A DNA stretch of 64,000 nucleotides from Lama glama (Eukaryota), in contig CM052817.1 in assembly GCA_028534125.1 (NCBI GenBank), positions 23,252,001 through 23,316,000 of the forward strand, in the 5' to 3' direction. The position numbers and the translations under genes were made by a program. The number at the start of each line of letters is the position of its first letter. Position 1 is the first letter of the stretch. Below the pieces are notes generated by a model, which was given only the letters and a program-made list of their open reading frames with translations, did not search any database and was not told where the DNA came from. Below are positions 39,359 through 50,090 of this stretch, piece after piece.

Positions 39359-40559
39359 CTCACACAGCAGCACTGACTACACCGACATTAGCATATAGAA
39401 TTGATGGCAGCCAGGAAGTAGTCTATCTTGTTCACCCCACTATCTGCAAAAAAACTACAGCTGTGTCTCACCCTGCACATAAACAGTGAAAAAAAAAAAT
39501 TTAGATAATGAAAGAAGAAAAGTTTGACTAATGAAGCTATTTACTTAAAAAAAAGTTAACTTGTTCATTAAGAAATCAATAATGCAGAAATGGACTTGGT
39601 ATGATTAGCAATAGCCTCCTAGTTACAAATATTCCTTAATCAAATGAGTTAGTCATCTGTACGTGTGGTTTGTTAAATTATTGTCATAAAAAATGACAAG
39701 CCTTTGTACTCCAAAGGCATAAGTCACAGCATAAACATTGCTACTTCAATCATATTAATATGCATTTGAGAATACTATCAGAGAAGAGAAACAAAGGCTA
39801 GATCATTACCCACACCCAAAATGGTCCCTTGTATGTTTAAAGAGGGGAACCAATTTGACTTAATCATAAATAGTACTTAATAATGTAGTTTTCTTGCTAC
39901 TTGAATCAAAAATACTTGGTGAAAAATAAAAAAAATTCAGGTACCAGACCACAAAACATACCTGCAAGATAATACATTGGACTAAAGTGTCAGAATTATG
40001 CACTCCTCTCCCCAGGTGACTTCTGTTATACATGGTAGCATTTCAGAACCACCAGCAAAAATCTATCCTTATCTGTTGAAAATATGCACCAGAATTTAAT
40101 AGATCAAAATAAAGTGCTTTAGGCTAAAATATTGAATGCATCATTCTGCCTGTGCAAATGTCTTTTAAGACAAGTCAGTGGATCTCAGTTTTTAAAATTA
40201 CACACATAGAAAACTTTACACTGTTACTGATTCTTGTACACAACAAACTCTATAATATGGTAAATTGGGGCTGGAAAAATCAGAGCGATACAAGTTACAT
40301 ACAATAAGAAATGTGCTGCTTATTATAGATATTTAGAAGTGGCATTTGAGCAATTTGAACAACATAGTCAAGTATTGCAAATGTAAGTGGTTGTGGAAGA
40401 CCCTCTCTGTGGAGTTGGAAGAGGAAGCTTTTCTCATAAGCCCCTCCTCCCTTCTCTCAGCATTTACCTACCGAGCTAAGAACTCCAGGGATGTTATTTC
40501 ATGAGAAAGTAGACCAGTGAATATGTTTACTATAAAAGTTAAAGTAAAAGTTCCAAACA

Positions 40560-41260
40560 AAAAATATTTTATAGAGGGATCAAGAAGAAATTTTCAGAAG
40601 GATTTTCAAATCCATGGTTAAATACAATGTATAAAAACATAGCATTTATAAATTTAAAAATATATTTAAGAAATTGAATAAGAAAAATAATTAGAGAAAA
40701 GATAATTCAATGTATAAATAAGCACTTGGTGGAAAATAAAATTTTATTAACAAATTTCAAAATATCTAGAAAGCAGAATTGAAGAGTAGTGTAAAAACCA
40801 AAATTGAAATTCTTTCAGGAATGTTGAAGAAAAGGAAAGTGAAATAAAAGTATAAAAAACATGTGATATAACATCTAATGCTATGTAATTTACTATATCA
40901 AATATAATAGCTTGCAGCTTTTAAAATTTCAAAATCATTTATTACATTTTAAAAAACAATACAAATATGTTTAAAAACATATAATCTAGAAAATAATGAA
41001 CATGTGTGAAGTGACAAATCTCAAAAATTGATTTCTTCATATTATTGATGTGTGAAAGTAAACTAGCTAAAGCAACTAGAATAAAATATTATAAACATAA
41101 GAATAAGATACTTGGAAAATCCAAGAAAATCAAGTGAAATACACTGAAGCTAACATAAAGTATATGTTTGTTAATTTTAAATAGTGGTTTTACTAAGTTC
41201 TAGTAATAAATAGTTAAAATCAAAGTAATTTTTATTAACAGTCACAGCAAAACATAGTAT
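40560..41260 (+). mobile_element. Very old A-rich L1 remnants
   Basis: Strong A skew and L1-like segments such as GATACTTGGAAAATCCAAGAAAATCAA. Confidence 0.4.
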
Positions 41261-41744
41261 CTAGGAATAAACTGATTCCAAACTTTTATGATCTAGATAG
41301 GTATGTACATACATATATACATAGATATAAACACAGAAGTACATGGATAAATTAGGTAGACTTCTATTGTTTCTATGAAGTTTATGCTGCTTCATAAAAT
41401 ATGTATGTGTTTTGTCATCTGTCTTGTTATAGATGTATATGGGCACTGATTTGCTATATTTATTATATACATCTATAAATGAATAAACTGTTTTCTCAAG
41501 CAGGAAATTTTTTTAAAAGTGTATATTACCAGAAAAAGAGGGAAACATACCATAAACATGAAGTATTAATGAACACCAGAAGCAAGAGCAAATGGTACTC
41601 ACACCAGAGTTTCAATATGGTAGGTTATGCTAACGGGGTTCTCAAGAAAGTTTACTGAGCACAAACTCCAGTTCAAATACTCTGAGATACAAAGGCTTGT
41701 GAGAGGGCAGAGCCTACTATGTCCTTCATTATTCTGTATGGAAG

Positions 41745-41880
41745 ATTAGTAGGGTTCTGGCAGAAAACAAATGGCAGATACAAAGGGCCAATAGAGAGTT
41801 TAATAAAGAACTAGTTGTGAAGGTATAAGCAAGTTTAAGGAAATCAACAAAGGAGGGTGATAATCCAATATTAATGGGAC
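41745..41880 (-). mobile_element. ERVL/MaLR LTR terminal fragment
   Basis: TAGTAGGGTTCTGGCAGAAAACAAATGGCA...GAGAGTTTAATAAAGAACTA. Confidence 0.45.
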
Positions 41881-44800
41881 AGCTTTGGGGAACAGGATTG
41901 TAATCAAATAATTCTCTTTGTCTTCAAACTGTCAGTTATCTATAAAGGCAACATAAAATATTTGTGACAAAAGGCTTAAAAACATAATCTAAAATTTTTT
42001 AAAAATCCCTTACATATATTTTATAAAACTAAGATTTATTAAAAAGAAATGTTCAAGAATGGAGAATCCATGACACAGACAATACAGCTAATTTCACCCC
42101 AAATCTAAGGATTTTCAAATTATGTTCAAATTCAAATCAAAAAAGAATTGCAAATAATTTAGCAAGAATTTTTTTAAAGGTTAAAATATTGACCATGATA
42201 TTGCTTAAAAAACTCTTATTACAGTTACTAAAATCTTACTACAAAATCTCACTACAGTCTTAATAAAATCTTGCTATAAAAATATTTTTGTGTAAAGTAG
42301 TCAAAGCATTTATTTTTTTAATTTATAATACGCTTGCATATTACTTTTTAGTATGTTGTACAGTAGTAGTTTAGTATAATTATTTTTCTCACTGTCCGTT
42401 AAATATTTTAATCATTCCCATGGCTACATAATTTTATTTATATTCTTGGGTATCTGAGTGTTCTATTCTGCTTCACAAGTCTCATTGTCACTGAGATCCT
42501 TATGCATTGAAAAATAATGACTGCATACATAGCAAAATTTTGCAAGGACTAATGCCAGTGGAATCATGTATTTAAATATTTTTCTCTAAGGTGTTTGCAT
42601 ATTTCAAAATTTTTTCAAAGTGTATTTTTTTACAGACTTTTAAAAAATATCTACAAACTTTATTGGTTATACTGCTTTACTAATCATACCTAATGGTGTT
42701 TGTAAAATAAAGTGTCTATAAGAGAATCTATTTTAAAATGTTCAGGTATATCATTTCACTCTTTTATTCCCCTCTGTGTGCTAGTGTGGGAGCAAGATTT
42801 AAACTGTAACTTATCTTCTATACTTTTGTATTGTTTTACTATTTAAAAGTGTGTTATATTTTTAACGACTTGTGCAAGGTCAATTTAGTGAAATTTCAAA
42901 AAGTAAATACAAGAGTACTTTCAAATGTTGATAACAAGACCCCTTCATGGGAACTCAGGCATTCTTTGGTCAAACTTTCCAGATAGAAAAATCGCTTTTC
43001 ATCTTAATGGATCTCTGTGGCAAGTTCTCTCCCTTTTCACATTATTGTAACAGGATCACCCCAAATGCCAGATCTGTGTGCCAAGTACATCCATCTACTC
43101 TTATTTATGAGTTCCTTATGTTTGGAAACTGTTCACTTATTCAAGTCATATTACTTTGATGAATTAAATCTTTGATTACACCCTTAGAATATAACTGGAA
43201 ACTCTTCTCACCTCTAAACTGATAATGATATTGCTAATTATTTTTCATGATGCATTATAGCAGCAGAAATCCTAAGATATGTAACCAAAAAGCCCTTAAT
43301 AATGTCAAAATAATAAAAATTACAAACCTAGTTCTGCAGAATTATAGCCCCAATTCAAGTGCTAAGAAGTAAATTAATTTTCACTTTTCTTTTTGACCCA
43401 GAATGTAATTCCTTTTTCTATAGATATTAATAAAAACATATTACCCTCTGAAAGCTGAAAACTTCTGTACATTGGTGAAATTAGGTGATTGACTATGGCC
43501 AGTTCTCACTGGACAGGGCTCTACTATTTAACATTTGCCATGGTGATTGGCATTAATAGGTTCCTTGGCTGGCAGCAATGTCAAAAGAAAAATTATGTGA
43601 GATGGATGCATGAACTTCCATTCCTCCCACAATTGAGCACTGTATCCATTTCTTGGGAATGCAAGCAGAGCACAGGAAGGAGTCCCCTTTGTATTTAACA
43701 TTCTGTGCGTCCTTAACTAGAGTCAATTTTTTGTTAGCCTGCTCACTTGAGAGCTCCAAGTTTGTTTTTGAAAGTTGTACAATATTAAGGCTGCTTGCAG
43801 ATATTGAAAACAATGTATCTCTCTAGTGCAATGAAAAATGTCACAAATTAGGCAGTGATAAATATTGATGGATATGTTATTTCATTAAATAAAAATTCAG
43901 GATTCTTACAGTATATATCATTTTAAAAACACATGCATTTAGCTCAAGTAAAACTCACAACTAGAGATAATAGTTGTGCCTTGCATGTAACCAGGATAAG
44001 CATTGTTTAATCCTCTTATAAACTAATTTTCTAGAAAATATAAATGTTAACTCTTTGCAGTCATAAATGCAGGCAGGTTGCTGATTCGGTCAGTGCCTCT
44101 CTCCCTTACTCTTTGAGAAATTACCTCTCTGAATCCATATCTCCTCCCCCCCGATTTAAATTGAGTTATGAAACTTATAATAGAAAGTTAGAACTGGAAG
44201 AAAGGCTAATAACAATCTAAATAACGCTTTAACGATCTAAATATACTGTACCATGTTATAAAAACAATCGACTGTGACACTTGACCCGGAAAAGGGAAGA
44301 ACAGAGGACATGAAGCATGTGAGAAAATATAAAATGTGGTAGGGTTGAGGAACTGGAGTTCCAATGAGATCAAAGAACAGGAGAAGGAAGGATCTGGAAT
44401 AGTGGGAGGTACTGATCAGAAAGTGGAATTCAAAAGATGAAATTATAGCAAGAATATATAATAGTGAGGAAAAGTGTTCCAGGAACTGAGAGGAGCTAAA
44501 CTTATCAGAAATGTCAGGAATGCCACAATGATCAAATCGATAATGGATGCATACATATTTGCCCGAGATGTTGCCAAGTCAAGAGGAAGAAAGTTCCCTA
44601 TTGAAGGCAGAAGTGAGAAAACAATGAAGTTGTAAGGTGATAATCTCCCATTTAATATATTTAAATATTTGATATATTTTGATCTAGATACATTATATTC
44701 TAGATGTAAAAAATGTTACTTTTTTAAACTTTCCAGTAGAGTGCAGCTCTCTTGTCCTTCAAAAACAAACTAAATTGCTGCCTCAGAGCTCTTGCCATTA

Positions 44801-45659
44801 TCTTTTTATTATATAATTTATCTCTTCTGTAATTTTGTATCATTTAATTTCATTATAAGTAGCCCCACATTCTAGATTTTTCCTGATAAACTCTACCATA
44901 TTCTGATTTTTTAATTCACCTTAGCATTTTGCCATTTACATGTCATTTTTTTGTTTACACTTTGTGTATATTAACAGTTTTTCCAATGTTAATTCTATGC
45001 ATATCTAGTATCTTAAACTATATATAAGCAAGAACTGTGTCCTTCTTTTTCCCAAGATCTTTAGATTCTTTGTGCAAAGTGAATATTCAATAGATGATTG
45101 TTGCCCAAGTCTATACAACTTCCAGAAAAATTGGACCTTGATGAAAAAGTCACATAAAGCATAATATAATCATGTGAACTACAGAATGCTGCTCATTAGA
45201 CTGAAATTTCTCGATCAGGGACCATTATATTATTCTATGAAATCACAAACTAGAAATATGAGATTTGTTTAATTTTCTGCCTTCTGCTCCTCTCCACTTA
45301 AAAGGCAACTACTTTAATCGTGTTTATTTTGTATCCATAGTAACTAGGGCAGTGCCTGACTCATAGAAGTTATTTAATAAATAATTGCAGAATAAAATAA
45401 GAAATAAGTACATTTTCTACTGGGACTTTCATGAGTTTCTGGACAGTGCAACATTAAAGTGTATAAATTTTAGTGTTCACATTTTTCCATTTTCCTACTT
45501 ACTAAGTACATAAGATATAAAATGTAGATAGATAATGCCCCAGTGTACTAAGACTGGGAATATATATCATTTTATTTTAAAATGTTTTATAATAGTTGAT
45601 TTTATTTATACTTTCCTTTATTGCAAAACAAAACAAAAAAATTCCCTACGATTTATTAA

Positions 45660-46470
45660 GAGAGGCTGTATTGTGCCATGTTTAAGAACATGGATTAGGG
45701 GTCAGGTGGACTGAGTTGAAAGAATTATGAGTTAATACTGTTACCAAACCAAATTTGCATCCACTTACCAGTGCGCAGTAAAGCCAATCTACTGATACTG
45801 GGTTGTGGTGAAGGAAAGTAGTATCTATTTTATTGCGAGGCGTCCAACATGGGGCAAGCAAGCAAAGGGGATGAGCAGTTCATGCTCAAAAGGTGCAAAC
45901 TCCCTGGTGGCTTTTGAAGAGGGGTTTTTAGAGGCGGGGGAGGGAGAGGGTCACAGGGTGTGAGATCAGCTCATGGACGTTCTTTTGATTGGTTTGTGGG
46001 GAGGTAACCAGGTGGTACTTCTCGAGTCAATATGATCAACCTGGATCCAAATGGTCTGGAGTCTAAATGCTTGTGGTCACATGCAGTTAACTTCTGCCTG
46101 CTGGAGGTTTTAGTTTCTGCAAAACAACTCAAGGAAATGGCTCAGGATATTACCTGTAGCCCTGGAGGAGGAACTAAAGTTCCTCGACTTTGTTTTATGG
46201 TTAAACTGATTTTGTCTTGCTTAACTCTTTTCCTTTGTTCTGTATTTTCTCACTTCTCTGATTAAATTGATTAAATTTGCTCTTTGGAACATGGGAAGAC
46301 CTAGGGGGCTAAAGGCTTTCTACAAACAGGAGGCAGGGGACACAAGGGGTCTGCTCCTAGGAAAGCTCCACAGTGTTCTGCTCGGTATCAGTACATATAA
46401 AACACTTAGAATGACACACACTATGTGTCTGCATAAATACTACTTAATTTTATTATTCTTATTCATATTA
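45660..46470 (+). mobile_element. MIR split by an LTR insertion (halves about 45660-45738 and 46391-46470)
   Basis: ATGAGTTAATAC | ATATAAAACACTTAGAA rejoins into the MIR 3' consensus. Confidence 0.7.
45739..46390 (-). mobile_element. ERV1-type solo LTR (LTR-A)
   Basis: TG...CA termini, 4-bp TSD ATAC/GTAC with one mismatch, minus-strand AATAAA near 45830 and CCAAT near 45990. Related to the LTR at 1-592. Confidence 0.85.
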
Positions 46471-46696
46471 TAAAATACCTACTGCATGTAAAAACAATTA
46501 ATTGGAAATGTCAAAACAAAACTAAAAGTAGAATAACCGAGAATATAGAATTAAACCTTGCACACTTAATTTTGTCCTCCCAGGAAAATCAGAACCAAGA
46601 AATCAGAATTTTAGAGAAATATTAAAATGTCACTTTGCTTCTCCCTCATCTGGCCTAAGCCAGTGTTCTCATTTGGTAATATAGCTTAGATGTATA

Positions 46697-47328
46697 TGAG
46701 ACAGGAAGGGGGCAGGGCACAGCCATTCAAGGAATGCTGCAACAATTAACATCAAAATGGTGAAAGATTCAACCCCCAATAGGCCTTGAGGCTCAAGATG
46801 GTTGGAGATTTGACTCTTAGCAGATCTTGAGCTTCATTACACGCCCACTGTAATGTATTAACATGGTTTATAACATACCCACAGATACTATGGCTGTCCC
46901 AAGGCTTAGCCACAAAAGGTCAAAGAGTGGGAAATGGCCAACTTCCTGGGAATCCCAGCCCCTTCCCCAGGCTACTTAGACTGGTCCTTATTAGCATATG
47001 AAGCCACCAAGCCCATAAAAACTGGCAACAAGGTGCCTATCGGCCATGACCACCCCCTCCCTCTCTCCCTTTGGAGGCGGCCTGCACTCTGTGTAGTGTG
47101 TACCTACTTTTACTCTACTCTGAGCACCCAACCCCCACACCTCATGGCCTTTCTCTTGCCTTTCGATGTATCTCTCTAAATAAATCTACCTTTACGCAAC
47201 TGTGGCTCGCTCTTGAATTTTTTCCTGTGCGAAGCCAAGGACCCACACTTGGCGGGGCATGTCCGGGGGCTCAACCGAAGCCTGGGACACAGCCCTTCTC
47301 ACACCTCACATCCATTTGTCCTGCATCA
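46697..47328 (+). mobile_element. ERV1-type solo LTR (LTR-B)
   Basis: TGAGAC...GCATCA termini, perfect 4-bp TSD TATA (46693-46696 and 47329-47332), TATA-like CATAAAAA at 47014-47021 and AATAAA at 47179-47184. No primer-binding site follows. Confidence 0.9.
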
Positions 47329-47349
47329 TATATGCTGATTGCATGCATG

Positions 47350-47527
47350 ATTGAGTTCTGTGGCCGTCCTTGTGAACTGCTTGTTCTGTGCTTATTTCTT
47401 AATCCGTAAGTGGGATATAAATAACAGTACTTACCTAACAGGAATTTAGTAATAATTATACGAGACAAGATATACAACGTGCTGTGCAACTTTTCTTTTT
47501 CTTCATTATTATCATCATCATCATTAT
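47350..47527 (+). mobile_element. MIR fragment with (CAT)n tail
   Basis: TTTCTTAATCCGTAAGTGGGATATAAATAACAGTACTTACCT matches the MIR core. Confidence 0.6.
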
Positions 47528-48044
47528 TTATGGCTTGAGACAGAAAGAGAAACAGACACTAAACTAAAATAATCTAGCGGTTACCGTGAAGGAAAAGCCG
47601 GGCTGGTCTAACAAGATAACTCGCAAGTCTAGAATGTGGAGAGGCTGGGCTGGGCTGGCAGGATAACTCACAAATCTAAGTATTGGAATACTGATCTGAG
47701 TTCTGCTAGACTAACTTTGTAAATCTAGGTTAATTAGTGTTGGTTTGCTGTTTGTTTTTTTGCTGGCCAGCTGGGTTTTCAAAGATACATATCTAGCTTT
47801 GGAATGTTGGTTTGCTGCCTCCCCGCCTGCGCTTTTGTGATGATGCTGCTGCTAAAGCTGTTCCATGACTATTGGCCGAATACCCCAAGCTTGTACTTTA
47901 CCCTATAAAACCTCATGCACACGTCTTGAAGGTGCTCAGATCTTCGGAGCAGAAGCCCCTCTGAGCCCACCGGCGTAATACATCTGAGTACTCCAACCCT
48001 CCGAGTGGTGCTTGTTTCTTGGCTGGCCTGTTGTTTCCGTAACA
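47528..48044 (+). mobile_element. Young ERV solo LTR (LTR-C)
   Basis: Ends CCGTAACA; TATAAAA at 47904-47910; variant poly(A) signal AATACA at 47977-47982; retains many CpGs. The 5' TG appears lost, so the start and TSD (TTAT/TTAC) are uncertain. Confidence 0.8.
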
Positions 48045-48943
48045 TTACTACGTACCAATCACTGCAATGATCATGGAGAATAAGACTATGTATAATACGA
48101 TCTTTATAAACTAAATTCTGTGTATCAAGTGTGATTTCTTGATTTATTTTCTCCATATCTCCCTCAAAGAGATATTGAAAATTGGGAGTTAGATATATAA
48201 ATAAAGAAACATCAAGACTATGTGATGAGTGAAAGAATACAAGCATGTTTGTGAAAAAGGCAAAGTAATCAGCTGTATTATAGTGCAGGAAAAGTTTTGG
48301 AATGTAGCGAAGTATGTTTTGAACAATCAACATTATCCTTATTCTGACATGCAGCAGCTCTAATAGCATGTGACCACTGTGTGATTCTAGCTTGAAATGG
48401 TGCAGACTGGCAAAGCATTTGATCTCATGGACCATGTCAAGTTAATGCTCCTCCGTCAATTTTATTAGTTCTGGTACTAAAGATACTTTATATTTGCATA
48501 ACATGTTACAAGTTCTAAGTGGTTTAACAAACATATTGCTTATATTAAATATCCATAGGAGGAGAGCAGTTTCCTTTTTCCAAAGGAAGAATAAAAACCT
48601 ACAGTATCAAAGTCATATTTATGGTTAGAAATTTGAAGAGAAAGTGAAATTTAGGTTCACCTGAAATTACTTTAATTTAATAGCTTCATGTCTGTTTGGA
48701 ATTTGTTCAACTTTATTGGATTTAATGTGTTTTATAAATGCTAACCCTACCCTCTTAATGCATTAAGAGACCTTAGGAGTGGGTATACTACTTTGTGTGA
48801 TACAAGAAATAATAGGAAGCTCTCATAAAGACCAGAGGTCATGGGAAGACTGTCCTGAATCTCAGGGCTTCTATGTATTTTTTTCTCCAGAGAAATGTTT
48901 AAAATGAGAAGAGTCACTTTTTATTTTTAACTTTAAAAACTGT

Positions 48944-49237
48944 TTTTTTTTAAGTTGAGGTATAACTGACATACAACATTATATTAGTTTCATATGTACA
49001 ACATAATAATTTTATATTTGTATATATTGCAAAACAATCACCTCAATAAGTCTAGTTAACATATATCAAATGCATAGTTACATTATTTTTTTCCATGATG
49101 AGGACTTTTAAGATGTACCCTCTTAGCAACTTTAAGATACATAACAGTATTATTAGCCATAATCACCATGCTACACAATATATCCCCATGACTTAATTAT
49201 TTTATAACTGGAAGTTTGTAGTTTTTGGCCCCCTTCC
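48944..49237 (-). mobile_element. L1 3'UTR, 5'-truncated
   Basis: T tail followed by AAGTTGAGGTATAACTGACATACAACATTATATTAGTTTCA...CTCTTAGCAACTTT...TTTTATAACTGGAAGTTTGTA. Confidence 0.85.
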
Positions 49238-49246
49238 AAAAACCAT

Positions 49247-49769
49247 CCTTCCCCATCTGACTTAGATTAGACTCACAGATGCTCCTATGACAAAACCAAC
49301 CACAGACTCTTCGAATTCCCATCCTTTGCCTCATGAATGAGTAGCTGAATCATTTGCCCCTGCTGATCATCTGGAACCAAAATGCTTATTAACCAAACTT
49401 TAAGATTCTTTCCTTCCCCAGACTCCTAAACTTTGACCCAGTCTTGGCCTGAGCAAGCAAAGAACCCCTTCTTCAAGTCCCCTCTGGAGAACAGACTGAC
49501 CTCAGGGTAAAGCATTCACGTACTGTTCAATCATCCCATCCTCATTCGTCGCACTTCCCCATACCCAATCTTTCTAGCCTTGGTTACTTCTTTTTAGAAA
49601 AGAAAAGCCCTGTTGACCTAACCTTTGAGATGCTTGCAGATGCCTGTTATTGTGATAGTCCTGTCTCTCTCCACCTCCCCATTGTAATAGTTCCTTACCT
49701 CCCTCTTGAAATAATGATTTCAAATAAAGTCTCTCCTTACCTAAGTTCAGAGTTGTTTTTTATTTGACA
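49247..49769 (+). mobile_element. Old MER-type ERV LTR, 3' part
   Basis: AATAAAGTCTCTCCTTACCTAAG...TTTTTTATTTGACA terminus. Confidence 0.65.
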
Positions 49770-49869
49770 AGAGAAAAGTGAAAACAAAAGTAGAGAAGCC
49801 ACATGGGAACCCAAAGCAATTACTAACAATATTAAGTTACGTTTTCATGATTGCTTTGCTTATATAGAA

Positions 49870-50090
49870 ACATAAACTAAGAACCAGAAAACCAAAAGTC
49901 ATTTCCTAGCTCTGTATCTTATCATTTGATGTGACCTTGGGCAAGTCATAACATTTTTGAGACTTGAATTTCTTCCCTGATAAAACAGGAATCATAATGC
50001 CTACCTCCAGGGATGCTGCAAAAATTGAATGTGATAATGCATGTGAAAGAGATTAGCAAATTGCAAAATCCCTTCACGTTGCATTTATCA
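49870..50090 (+). mobile_element. MIR SINE
   Basis: TGTGACCTTGGGCAAGTCA...ATAATGCCTACCTCCAGGG...GATAATGCATGTGAAAG. Confidence 0.8.

Noticed and set aside
46697..48044. LTR-B and LTR-C as the two ends of one provirus
   Set aside because: Their sequences differ, LTR-B has its own TSD, no primer-binding site follows it, and the spacer is MIR.
47869..48435. Longest ORF (188 aa, minus strand)
   Set aside because: No recognisable domain, and it runs from AT-rich flank into the antisense strand of LTR-C. Consistent with a chance ORF.
48490..48508. Sox-Oct composite motif
   Set aside because: The octamer is perfect but the Sox half is poor, and octamers recur at chance frequency in this window.
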